From Chthoniobacteraceae bacterium (GTDB lineage: Bacteria > Verrucomicrobiota > Verrucomicrobiia > Chthoniobacterales > Chthoniobacteraceae), in NCBI GenBank assembly GCA_040081625.1, contig JBEBGD010000016.1, positions 1-64,000 on the forward strand: 64,000 bases of DNA. The letters are read 5' to 3'. Below are positions 27,801-37,900 of this stretch, piece by piece. Both the position numbers and the translations under genes were made by a program. The first letter of the stretch is position 1. Every line of letters begins with the position of its first letter. The notes beneath the pieces were generated by a model that was given only the letters and a program-made list of their open reading frames with translations, had not been told where the DNA came from and did not search any database.

Positions 27801-28830
27801 GACCAGCGGCAACACGCTCACCGTCTCCGGCGCGATCAGCGGCAGCGCGACGCTGACGAAGAGCGACGGCGGCACGCTCAATCTCGTCGCAGACAACAGC
27901 GGCTTTAGCGGACCGCTCGCGATCACCGGCGGCACCGTCGAAGCCGCAGCCAGCAACCGCCTCGGCAGCGGCGCCCCGGGCAACGCCCTCACGCTCGCCG
28001 CCGGCACGCTCCGGGCGACGGGCAGCTTCGATCTCGGCAGTGGTCGCGCGCTGACGCTGGGCCTCGGCGGCGGCACCGTCGATGTGAATCCGGGCGCCAC
28101 ACTCACCGCGTCGGGCAGCATCGCGGGAAGTGGCAGCCTGACGAAGACCGGCGCGGGAACCTTCGTCATCAGCGGAAATGCGAACAGCTACGCCGGCGGG
28201 ACAGTGATCGATGCCGGCACGTTGCAGCTCGCGAACCCCGGCGGCTCAGCCACCGGCAGCGGCGGCATTACGGTCAATAACGGCGCCACTCTCGCGGGCG
28301 ACGGCTCAGTTTCCGGGCCGGTCACCGTCAACGGCGGCGGCACGATCAGTCCCGGTGCCAGCATCGGCACCATGGAACTCGTCGCACTCACCTTCGCCGC
28401 TGGCGCGCACCTCTCGATCCGGATCGACTCGGCGAACCTCCTCTCCGACCTGCTCTCCATTTCGAATCTCATCCCCGCCGACGGCGATCTCACGCTCAGC
28501 GGTCCTGTCACGCTCGACATCACCGACATCAACTTCGGCGCTCTCGATCTGCACGACGCCATCGTCTTCGCCACCTACAGCGGCGAGCGGCTCGGCGGCG
28601 GGTTCTTCCGCGTGCCCGGCTTCGAATTCGATCTGCTCGACTATACGGGCGACGACATGAGCGCCTCGTATTTCTTCCTCGGCAGCACGCCGATGGCGAT
28701 CGACTACAACTACAACGACACCGGCACCGTCGCCTTCGTCGTCGTGCCGGAACCGACCGCGCTCGCTGCGCTCATCGGCGGCATGGGCATTCTCCTCGGA
28801 ACCCGCAGGCTGCGGCGGCGCACCGCGTAA
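24859..28830 (+). CDS. Autotransporter-associated beta-strand repeat protein with PEP-CTERM sorting signal
   Basis: Probable TTG start MKTPRLF...LLISHAYA; repeated GSLxKxGxGTLTLSGANTYSGTTTINAGTL units; C-terminal VPEP-TM-RRLRRR. Confidence 0.9.
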   Translation: MKTPRLFSLRARSRRALTATIQPAVLALLISHAYAGNTWDGGGGDNNWGTGANWSPDGSPAPGSGNDLFFAGGTRLTPFNNYTAFDDWRNIFFNVGAGAFNITGNAIDLFGKIENLSATAQTFGLTSIAMNSATNNEFNPVNGDLTITSTDVFTNGNQLKVFGNNGFTLTFGAGTIIKQAGSLSINQNSNVVFNSVHTYTGDTFINAGKLRFNAGGGVATSVIRLGDTTGAANAALDLTVATGGQTLGGTVVSRAGSSGVRTIDSQNTSGMNTLSAGLFLDATLTLKQAGGGTLTIAGGTVDIKGQAFTVDAAGTVSATGIVGSSFGAGGSLVKQGSGTLLLSNAANNYTGTNTATLNANGTQIAAGTLGISADGSLGLAPSGAYNNLQFTGTATLQNTVGNISLNANRNVSVASAATATFDNNGNTFTINGVVNGAGGNVATTGPGTVVLTAENTYTGTTAVNVGILQLGGGGASGSITNSSGITVAGGAKLAVNRSDTLTIPQVIQGAGSVRKLGSGIVVLNAANTYTGGTEIDEGIVRVGAVNSLPIAGVITLANVAGAALDLNGNNATIGALSGGGALGGNVTLGSATLTVGDATSTTYGGGISGAGGSIIKQGTGTLTLTNSSTYTGSTTINLGAIRSGTNDALPVTTALTLANAASVLLDLDGFIQTVGSLAGGGGAGGMVALGSGTLTVGDSTHTSFAGTISGTGGSIIKQGSGTLTLSGANTYSGTTTINAGTLSIADSTNLGDASPGNDVTLSGGTLEATGTFGLGSNRDIALVGGGGTINVAGSNIVIVSGLLSGMGSLAKTGSGTLILSGTNSSFNGILEINAGSIRASASENLGTGVLPNSLVFTGGTLEAIGSFSTGTRGMSFGSAGGTIDVTGSNAVTFTSYMTGVGGLTKTGPGRLTLAADNSLFYSGPIGVSDGTLSASASDRLGDGSVSNSLAFAGGTFEATGSFDLGASRTVAVGAGGGTFKVTSGNTLTVSGAISGSATLTKSDGGTLNLVADNSGFSGPLAITGGTVEAAASNRLGSGAPGNALTLAAGTLRATGSFDLGSGRALTLGLGGGTVDVNPGATLTASGSIAGSGSLTKTGAGTFVISGNANSYAGGTVIDAGTLQLANPGGSATGSGGITVNNGATLAGDGSVSGPVTVNGGGTISPGASIGTMELVALTFAAGAHLSIRIDSANLLSDLLSISNLIPADGDLTLSGPVTLDITDINFGALDLHDAIVFATYSGERLGGGFFRVPGFEFDLLDYTGDDMSASYFFLGSTPMAIDYNYNDTGTVAFVVVPEPTALAALIGGMGILLGTRRLRRRTA

Positions 28831-28853
28831 GCGGCGCGCCTCGCAGTCTGTGC

Positions 28854-28888
28854 GCCGCGCCGTATCGGGGGAAACGATGCGGCGCGGC
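28854..28888. terminator. GC-rich hairpin between convergent genes
   Basis: GCCGCGCCGTATCG-GGGGAAA-CGATGCGGCGCGGC, 14-bp stem with one G.U pair. Confidence 0.6.
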
Positions 28889-28897
28889 AAATCCGGG

Positions 28898-31800
28898 CTA
28901 CGGCCCGGTCGCCACGCGCACTTTGTAAAACCTCGGCAGCACGCTCGCGTTCGTGTCCGTGAACTCGCTCGTCGTCCCCGTCGCCGGGATCGGCGTCGGA
29001 CCGCTCACGACGGTGAAACTCATCGGATCGAGCGTGGCACTCGCGAGCACCTCGTAGTTCACCCCCGACACGCTGCTCCAGCGCAGCCGCACACTGCTCG
29101 CGCTCAGCCGCTCGGTTTCGATCACCTTGAAAACCTCCGCCGTGGAAAACGGATCGGTCCCCGCCACGTCTTCGCTCGCATTGCTCGCGCCGTCGCCGTC
29201 CGCGTCGCCCGCCGCGCTGAGCAGCGTCGTGCCGCTGCTCGCGGGAGTCGCCGCGCCGAGGATGCCGGCGTTGTTGATTGCGCGCACGCTCGCCTGGAGC
29301 ACCTGACCCTCGGCGCCGGTGAAGTTGAAACTCGTCACGTTGCCGAGCGTGAAGACCTGCGGCCCGCCCGCGCCGGTGATGGTGATCTGATAGCCCGCGA
29401 TGCCGCCGTCGGGATCGCTCGCCGCGGTCCACGAGAACGTCACCTGACTCCCGATCGCGAACGCCTTCGGAGTCGCAGGCGTGCCGCCCGCGGGCGGCGG
29501 CGTCACGTCGTAGAGCTTGAGGTATTGCGCCTCGTAAGGCGCCGTCGTCCACGCGCCGGTGGTCCCCGGCACCCTGTTCAGGCCGACGTAAACGCCGTTG
29601 CCCAGCACATCCGTCCCCGTGCGCCCCGCGCCCCAAAGCCACACGCTGTTGCGCGTCGCGTCCTGCGCCGTGTAGGCGGAGGAGTTCTTCACGTTGTAGG
29701 TCCGCGCAGCCTTGATCCCGAAAAGATTCGAGCCGCCCTGCGTGATGTTCACGTTGAACGTGCCCGACTCGTTCGCGTCGCGGTCGAGGTTCACAAACGC
29801 GAACACCACGTCGCTCACGCCCGGCGACGCGTTCGCCGCCGCATACTTCGCCACGGAGAAAATCCGCTGGTGCGTGCCGCCGACTTTCTGGTCGAGGAAG
29901 TAGCGGTTCGCAGATCGCAGCGCCGGACTCAGCCGCCGCGCGCCGCCGATCGCCGCATACACCGGGTAAAGTTGGTCGTTGCCGAAGTCCGCGTTCGTCC
30001 ACGCCGGCATCATCGAGTTCCACGTCTTGAAGTGCGGGATGAACTTCCCGAAATTTTTCTCCTGCAAATCAAACCCGAACAGAGTGCTGATGCCCAGCTC
30101 CTGCCCGCTGAAGATCATCGGCACGCCATCGTTCGTGCCATAGACCGCGTAGCGCAGCAGCGACTGCCACGGGTCCGCGAGACTGTCCTCGTCGTGCGAG
30201 AGCGTCGTCAGCAGCACCGGCGCCTGTCCGTAGGCCGTGCGCCGGCTCTCGAAGATTCCGCGCAGGTCGCTCGTCATCGTGTTCGACGACACGTTCAGCC
30301 CGCGCACCGCGAAGAGAATGTCCTCGTTCAGCACATCGAAGTGCCGCGACGATCGATACGTCACCGGTCCACCGTCGAGGCTCTCGGCCATGAAAACGAA
30401 CGCCCACTTCCGCGTGCGCGTCTTGTTGATCACATACTCCCAGCCCTGCGGCGGCATCCCCTGTGCGAAGTCCGCGCGCAATCCGTCCACGCCCTTCCAC
30501 GTCTGATCCGCGGGCGAAGTGCCCGTCGTGCAGCCCGTCTGCTCCAGCCAGTGCAGGCAGTAGTCGGCGAAGTAACGCCACACGTTCTGCGTGATCGTGT
30601 CGAAGTGCCCGTTGTTGTCCCCGCTGCTCCCCTCGTCGCCGATGCTGAAGTCGAACCAGTCGCCCTCATCGAGATGATTGTCGTTGTCGCCCGGCGTATC
30701 CGTCGCCACGAGCGACGCGTAGCGCCCCCAGTAGATGTCGAAGGTGTCGATGAACTTCCCGAAGCTGTTCCGGTCGGATGCGAGCGCGATGCTTCCCGAA
30801 CTGAAGGCGCGCATCGCGTAGTTGGCGCTGCGCGAGAAAAAGCGCGCCTCCTTGTTGCGGATCTCGTCCGTCGGCGCGGCGGCGGGCGAGAAGTAAGTCA
30901 CGCCCTTCTCTCCCAGCTCGCAGTCGTAGGCCGTGTGGTTGAACGGCGCGTCGAGCATCACGTTCATGGTGTTCGCGCCGGCATTGTCCGCCGCATTCAC
31001 GAAGCCCTGAAACTCCGTCATCGCCGCCGGCCGCGTGTTGCCCTTCGACATCCGCGGCTCGACCTCAAAGAAATTCTTCACCGCATACGGGCTGCCGAGC
31101 GCGTAGGCGTAGTTCACGTCCTCGTAAGGAGCGCCCAGATTCCACACGCGCGTCGTCGCGTTCGAGCCGGGCGCGCGCGTGTTGATGTCCGCGCCGCTGA
31201 GATGCCGCCCGTCGATGCCATAGGGATGCACCGGCTGAAACCACAGCCAGTTCACGCCGAGTCCGCGCGCGTGGTTGAGATTCCAGCGCGGCGTCCGCGT
31301 GCTGCCCGGTCCATCCCACAAATCCACGAACGTGCTCCGCGTCGCCTCCGTCGTGCCCTCGGCCTCGATGTTCAGCGTGTTCAACTCATACATCACCATC
31401 TCGCGCGCCGTCGTCGGCGAGACGACGATCGCGTGCGCGCGGAAGCACAGGTCGCCGAACGGATCGATGTAGTAGCGATACGTCCCCGGCGCATCCGCCG
31501 TCAGCCGCCAGCGCACCGTCAGCCGATACGCGCCCGTCTTCGTAGCATCGAGCGTGAGCTGATACCCGCCGCTCACGAGGCTCATCGTGTGCGCCTTGAA
31601 GTAGTGCGCGTCACTCCCGACCGTCACGACCGAGCCCGGCGGAAACTTGATCCCGTCCTCGATCGAGTCGCCGTTCGCATCCAGCTCCGCGCGATCCCGC
31701 CGGTTCAGATTCGTGAACACCTCGCACGTCTCCACACCGGTCATCTGCGGATTGAAGAAGATCGTGAACGGCACCGACGTGCCGGCCGCTTCATCGACGA

Positions 31801-31933
31801 AGACGTGCGACGCGGAGTAGTTTCCCTCGACCTCGCCCGCGAGCCGCACCGTCGAGCTGGCGCTGATTTTCAGCGAAGCCGCCTGCGCCGGGATCGACGC
31901 GAGGAATGTGAGAAGCAGCGTGCGTTTCAACAT
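28898..31933 (-). CDS. Secreted GH13 alpha-amylase-family protein with FN3 domain and C-terminal domain
   Basis: Signal peptide MLKRTLLLTFLASIPAQA; LGVNWLWFQPVHP, GSPYAVKNF, MLDAPFNH, DGLRADFAQG, MAESLD, LSHDE (triad intact); FN3 VTFSWTAASDPDGGIAGY; DADGDG...RFYKVRV. Confidence 0.9.
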   Translation of the reverse strand: MLKRTLLLTFLASIPAQAASLKISASSTVRLAGEVEGNYSASHVFVDEAAGTSVPFTIFFNPQMTGVETCEVFTNLNRRDRAELDANGDSIEDGIKFPPGSVVTVGSDAHYFKAHTMSLVSGGYQLTLDATKTGAYRLTVRWRLTADAPGTYRYYIDPFGDLCFRAHAIVVSPTTAREMVMYELNTLNIEAEGTTEATRSTFVDLWDGPGSTRTPRWNLNHARGLGVNWLWFQPVHPYGIDGRHLSGADINTRAPGSNATTRVWNLGAPYEDVNYAYALGSPYAVKNFFEVEPRMSKGNTRPAAMTEFQGFVNAADNAGANTMNVMLDAPFNHTAYDCELGEKGVTYFSPAAAPTDEIRNKEARFFSRSANYAMRAFSSGSIALASDRNSFGKFIDTFDIYWGRYASLVATDTPGDNDNHLDEGDWFDFSIGDEGSSGDNNGHFDTITQNVWRYFADYCLHWLEQTGCTTGTSPADQTWKGVDGLRADFAQGMPPQGWEYVINKTRTRKWAFVFMAESLDGGPVTYRSSRHFDVLNEDILFAVRGLNVSSNTMTSDLRGIFESRRTAYGQAPVLLTTLSHDEDSLADPWQSLLRYAVYGTNDGVPMIFSGQELGISTLFGFDLQEKNFGKFIPHFKTWNSMMPAWTNADFGNDQLYPVYAAIGGARRLSPALRSANRYFLDQKVGGTHQRIFSVAKYAAANASPGVSDVVFAFVNLDRDANESGTFNVNITQGGSNLFGIKAARTYNVKNSSAYTAQDATRNSVWLWGAGRTGTDVLGNGVYVGLNRVPGTTGAWTTAPYEAQYLKLYDVTPPPAGGTPATPKAFAIGSQVTFSWTAASDPDGGIAGYQITITGAGGPQVFTLGNVTSFNFTGAEGQVLQASVRAINNAGILGAATPASSGTTLLSAAGDADGDGASNASEDVAGTDPFSTAEVFKVIETERLSASSVRLRWSSVSGVNYEVLASATLDPMSFTVVSGPTPIPATGTTSEFTDTNASVLPRFYKVRVATGP

Positions 31934-31935
31934 CG

Positions 31936-34900
31936 TCACTCAGGTTCCGGCAGCCGGATCTCGATCTTGTAAAAACGGTTCCCGCCCGACGGCAACCCGC
32001 CGGTCTGCGAGCCGTTGTCGGTCCAGTTGATGATCGCGCCAAAGCCGGGGATGTCCGGCGTGACTGGCGCGAAGGCCTGTCCGAGTTCGTCGGTGAAGTA
32101 GATGCGGTAGAGCCGGTCGCGCAGCGTCGGGAAGGTCAGCGTAAAGGTGCCGCCGCCACCCGCGCCGATCGCCACCGCCGGCTGGATGAAGTCGAGGGTC
32201 GCTGGGTTCGTCCCGATGATGAACTCCTGCGCGTTCGTCTTCCCGTCGCTGTCAAAGTCTCCGCTGCCGCCGTTGATTCCCGTCGCACTGTTCGGATCGA
32301 GCCCGTGCAAGCTCTCCCACCAGTCCGGCAAGCCGTCGCCATCCGAGTCCGCCGAAATCGTCGCACCCGTCTGCATGCCGAGCGAAAACGCCATCCCGTT
32401 CCCGCCGAAAACCTCGACCTGCTGCGTCTGCGCGAGGTTGCGCATGTTGATCGTGTCGAACTCCACGCCGCTGTCGCGATCCACCGCCGCCGCTTGCAGC
32501 GACGTGCCGCTGCCGTAGCGCACAAACGCGCGCACGCTAGTCGTCGCGCCCTGGTTGTAGGCGTTGAACTCGTTGTGCGCAGCGTCGTTCGCCGTCGCGA
32601 GGTTTGCCTGTCCGTTGAGCAGCAGGTCCTGGAGGTTCGGCGACAAGCCGAAGCGAACGTAGAGCGTGTTCACATCGCCGCTCAGAGCGTAGCTCGCGCG
32701 CAGGTGCGTCGCGCGCGGCGCGAGCGTGATCGTCTTCGCGATTTTTCCGTCGCTGCTCGTGAAAACCCAGCCCGCCCCAACCGGTGCGAGCGCCGCCGAG
32801 TAACGGTCGTTCACGTAGTTCGTCGTGCCCACGCCCGCGCCGCCCGTCTGCGCGAACTGGTCGCGGAAACCGCTCACGCGATGCGCGTTCACCGCGCCGC
32901 CCGTGATGTTCGTCGCGCCTTCCACCTCCGACTCCGAGCCCGCGTAGCTGAGAAGGTTCCCGGCGACCTGGAGCACCTCGCCGCTGTGAATGTCGCGCGC
33001 CCATGCGCCCGTCATGCGCCCGCCGAGGCGCTCGAAGACCGCGAACACACGATCGTTGAAGATCAGGTGCTCATTCTCGCCGTCGAGATCGACATCGCCC
33101 GACTCCGTCAGCGCCGTCGCATTGTAGGCTCCCGCCGTCGCCGCCGCGGCCCATGTGTCCACGCGTTTGAAGACCGCGGCGAACCGGAACTGCGCCTGCG
33201 CGGTTTTCGAGAAGCCCGCGAGATTCTGGAACGAAGTGTCCGGCACGATGTAGGCGCCCGTGCTGAACTTGCGCAGATCGCTGCTCGTCTGGTTGTGAAA
33301 TGCCGTCTCGAACGCCGCCGCGCCCGCCGTCCCGCGCGCCAGCTTCGACAAGCCGCTCGCGCCCGTCGTCAGCACCTCCGCCCAACTCGCGCCGGATGCG
33401 CCCGTCCCGAGCGCCACGCTGCCGAATTCCTTCCCGACCGGGAGCTGCACGCCCGCGCGAATGTCGAAGCGCTTGTCGCGCAGCGACTCCTCGCGCCCGC
33501 TCTGGCCGTTGAACCAGTTGTCATACGACTCCTGCGTCGCGTGGTCGATGAAGTCGTGGGCCGTCTTCGCCAGCGCGGTCTGCGTCCCGCGCGCGACCGT
33601 TCCCCACGCGTCGCCGAGGCCATCGGGCGGTTGCGAAAGATCGACCTGCCCGCCGGCGATCTGCGCGGGCGTCACGAGCTGCGTCCACGGACGACTCGCA
33701 AGCCAGCGGATGTTGCGATCGTAGGCGTCCGCCTTCGTCTTGTCCGTGAAGTCCTCCCAGTTGCTGAAAAGGATCACCACCTGGTCCTGTGTGCCGCTGC
33801 GCGCCTTGCGATGCAGCAGGTCGCGCAGCGAGAGCGCCGCGCCGCCGTCCGTGTTCGAGAAGCGGTAATTGCTCGCCTGGTCGTTGATGACGAAACACTT
33901 CACGCCGTTGATTTCGTTGAGCCGGTAGCCGTCGTTGCCGAGCGCGCTGTTGCGCCCGAACCACTTCATGAGGTGCCGCATCTGGTCGATGAATGTGTAG
34001 CCGTAGCCGAGCCCGCCGATCCCCGTGAGCGTGGCATGGTTCGCGACGCGCTCGGGATTCCACAGCACCTGCGTCGAGTGCGTGTTGCCGTAGATCGTCC
34101 CGAGGAATTCGTTCGCGAGCCCGATGTTCGACGCGTTGAACGTCGGCGAGAAATAATCGAGCACGTGATCGGAAAAAGTGCTGCCGATCAGCCCGAGCAC
34201 GCCGGCTTGCGAGAGCGTCTTGATGCGCGTGTTGAATGCCGGCCCGTCGCGATACTGCCGCGGCGAAACCGGATCGACCTTCGCCCACTGGATCGCCGAG
34301 GCCAGCGTCGGCGTGATGTGCATCGCGGCGCGCGCGCCGTAGGCTTCATGCACATCGAGCGGCCTGTGGAAGCCGGCGCCCGCTGCGTTGTTGATGAGCG
34401 CCTGCACGTTGCTGGCCGGCACGATCGCCTGGTTGCCGTGGATGAGCGTGATGACCTTCGCGCGCTTGCCGCGGTCGTTTGTCGCGCCCGCGCCGAGTTT
34501 GCCGCGCAGCACGCTGTTCACCGACTGAGAGAGGAAGTTTTGGTCCGCGTAGTAGTCGCTCGCGAGGAAGTCGTCGGTGATCGTGTCGCGGATGTCGTTG
34601 CGCCCGCCGATGTCGCCGGGGCCGACCGGACTATTCGCCGTGCCGTCTTTCGTCGTGAAGACCTGGTAGTTGAGTTGCGCGGGGTTCAGTCCATTCCAGC
34701 CCGCGTCGAGCAGCGCCTGCCGGCTGATCGAGAACTCCACCGCGTCGAGGTCGCTGTTGAAATAGGCCTTCTTGAATCCGTTCGCCGCGTTCTGGTCGCG
34801 CGCGACGACGCCGAACGACGCCGGGCTTTGGTTGATCGACACCGTGTTGCTCGCGTTGTTCGTGTCCACATACACGCGGCCGTTGTTGCCCGAATACGCC

Positions 34901-37900
34901 GCGACCACCGCCTCCCAGCGCATCTCGGTCGCGACATCGACTTGATCCGGCAGCGCATACTCGCCGCTCGCCGGGTTGCCCGTGTCGATCACCACATAAG
35001 CGTCGAGTCCGCCGTCCTCGGCGAACGGTTTCAAGTCGCGTAGATCGATGCGGAAATAGAAATTGCCGTCGCCTCCGCTCGCGATCGCGCCGCCGTCGTG
35101 CGCGTAGAAGGCGACGATGTCGCGCGACGAATCGAAGCCGTCGTTGCGATGGTAGATGTCACTGCCCTGGTTGTTCGGCCCGTCGCCGTCGTATTCGTCG
35201 AAGGCGATCAGGTCGTCCGAAGTCCAGTCGGTGAACTCCTTCGCATTGCTCACGCCGCCGACGATCACCGGCGTCTGCGGGCCGATCACGATCGAGTTCG
35301 GCGGCGGCGGCACGCCGGTGTTCGGGGATTTTGGATCGGTGCCGTTGGTCAGTTCGATCGAGTTGATGAATCCATCGTTGTCCGGATCGCCGCTCGCGCC
35401 GTTCGCGGCGACGCCGGGGCCGCCTGTGCGCATGTTCAGCGTGCCGTCGTCGAGCGGATCGAGCCCGAAGCGGACCTCCCAGCCATCGGGGAGGTCGTCG
35501 CCGTCGGTGTCGGCATTGAGCGGGTCAGTCTCCGTCCACAGTTCGCCGGTGTCATGGATGCGGTTGTTGTTCGTGTCGCCGGCGATGAGCCCGTCGAAAT
35601 CCTTGTCCTCGCCGAAGCCATCGTTCAGCCCGTCCTCGTCGCTGTCCGCCTTCGTCGGGCTCGTTTCGGTCCACGTCTCGCCCGCGTCCATCTTGTTGTT
35701 CGGCCAGTCCGTGCTCGCCACGCCGCCGGGTCGATCGGTGGCAAAATTCGTCGTCGCTGGTTGCAGCAGCTTGCCGTCGCCGTTGACCCAGCCGTTGCGG
35801 TTTGCGTCCTCGACGCCATCGGAGATTCCGTCGCCATCGGTGTCCGGATTGTTCGGGTTCGTCACGCTGCCCGCGCGCTGCGCCGCGCGGTCGCCGCCTT
35901 CCGCGACCGTGTTCACGCCGGGCACTTTGCCGACATTATCCGTCGTGTTGTAAAATGGCGGATCGAGATCGCCGATGAAGTTCGGGAAGCCGTCGCCATC
36001 CGTGTCGGTCGCCGGATTCGTCGGCGGGTTCGCCGCGGTGCGCCAGCCCACTTCCAGCCCATCGGGCAGGCCGTCGCCGTCGGAGTCGGGCGAGAGCGGA
36101 TTCGAGCCGCCGTAGGCGTGGTGAACGTGCACCTGCCCATTGGTCCACGTCTCCGAATTGCCCGCGGGCAGCGGGGTGATCGTCGCCTCGCCGAGATCGC
36201 CGAGGCCGTCCTCGTCGTCGTCCTCATCGGCTTCATTCGACGCGACGATCTGCCGGAACACGACCGTCGTATTGCGCGTCTGCGTGCCTTCCGGCTCGGG
36301 GTCGCCGTCGGTCTGCACATTCGCGGTGAAGGCGAACGAACCGGCTGTGATGTTCGACCACAGGAAACGCCAGAACAGGTGATTGCCCTGCGTTTGCGGA
36401 TTCGGCGTGCCGTCGCTGATCAGCGTCGCGGTGCCCGCGTTGTCCTGGAATGCGATCGCGACTGCCGTCGCCTCGCTCCCCGTTTCCACCTCGATGGTGA
36501 AGCTGCGCTGCTCCGGCGTCGGCACCGCGACCGCCGGCAGCACGATCTCGTATTTCTTTCCGTCCGAGTCGATCTCCGGCGGGTTGTTGATGCTCACGAA
36601 GACGGCTGGCTGCGTGATCTCCGCGCGCACTTCGCGGGTCGTGACGAGGTCCGTGTCGGGCGACGGCCGGTTCATCGTCACGCGGACGGTGTGGAGGAAG
36701 TCGGGCACGCCGTTGTAGAGATTCGGCAGAGCGAACTGGAAATCGTGAAAGCCCGGCGCGGCGTTGTAGATGATCGGCAGCGTCTGCGCGCTCTGCACGA
36801 CGGCGCCCGCGAGCGAGCCCGACTCGCCGCTCGCGATCTCGACGACAAGCCGCGCGCGCAGTTGCGCCTCGGTCAGCCCGTTTGCGAGCGAGTCGGTGAA
36901 GCGCACCTTCATCACGTAGCCCTCGCCGACGGTCTGCCCGTCCTGCTGCGGATACGCCACGAACATCCGCAGGTTCGGCCCGGCCGCGTTCACGGTGCGG
37001 GTCAACTCCGTCACATGCGCGCCCGCGGCGGAGAGGCTCATATTGCGCGACGACGAGACTTCGAGCAGCCGCACCTTGATCGTCGCCGTGCCGCTCGCCG
37101 GGACGTTGCGGTAGTTGAACCGCCACTCGCGTGGGAAGGCGGACGCGATGTTCAGCGACGGCGTGACCTCGTTCACCTTCATCCAGGCCGACGGGACGTT
37201 CGCATCGAAGACGCCGTTCGCGTTGATGTCCGTGAACGCCTCCGTCGTGTCGCGCACGCCGTTGCCATTCGCGTCGGCGAACGGCTCCGGACCCGCGCCA
37301 TTCCCGGCCTGCCCGCCAGTGGCGCTGTCGTTGTTGGTCGCGTCGCCGTCGTCGATGTGGACCCACACTTCGGTCACGCTCGGGTCGGTGCGCACCACGC
37401 AGCCGTATTGCTGCCCGCCGACGGTGTCGCCGTTGTTCGCGGGGAATTTGATCTCACCGCCGGGCGTCTGCGTGTCGTAGTAAAAGGTCTGCGTCCACGT
37501 GTTGTAAATCGACGCCTTCCCGCTGCGGCTGAGGAAAGCGCGCGCGCGCAGCATGTGGAAACCCTCGGCTAGACCGGTGCGCTCCTCGCTGTAGTCGTTG
37601 TGCGTGCGCACCTTCGCGGTCGTCGCGTTGAAGTTCGGAATCTGAAAGACGGTCTCCATCCGCTTCTTCAAATCGACCTCCGGCGCGCCGCTCGGGAAGA
37701 CGCTGCCGGCGGTCGTGTTCAGCGCGCCCACTTTGTAGCGCAGCACCGTGCCGCTGGCCTGCGCGGGGATCGTCCCGGTCCACCAGTCGGTGATGCTCGA
37801 GCCGTCGGGCAGGCCGTGCTCCTGGTAAGCCATCGCGACGACCTGTGTCGTGCCTTTTCCAAGCCCGCCCGAGCCCTCCGGAGCGGAACTGTCGGTCGTG

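Noticed and set aside
24859..28830. Repeated DNA units that might suggest a CRISPR array or a repeat array
   Set aside because: They are degenerate coding repeats (autotransporter-associated beta-strand units); there are no identical repeats with unique spacers and no cas genes.
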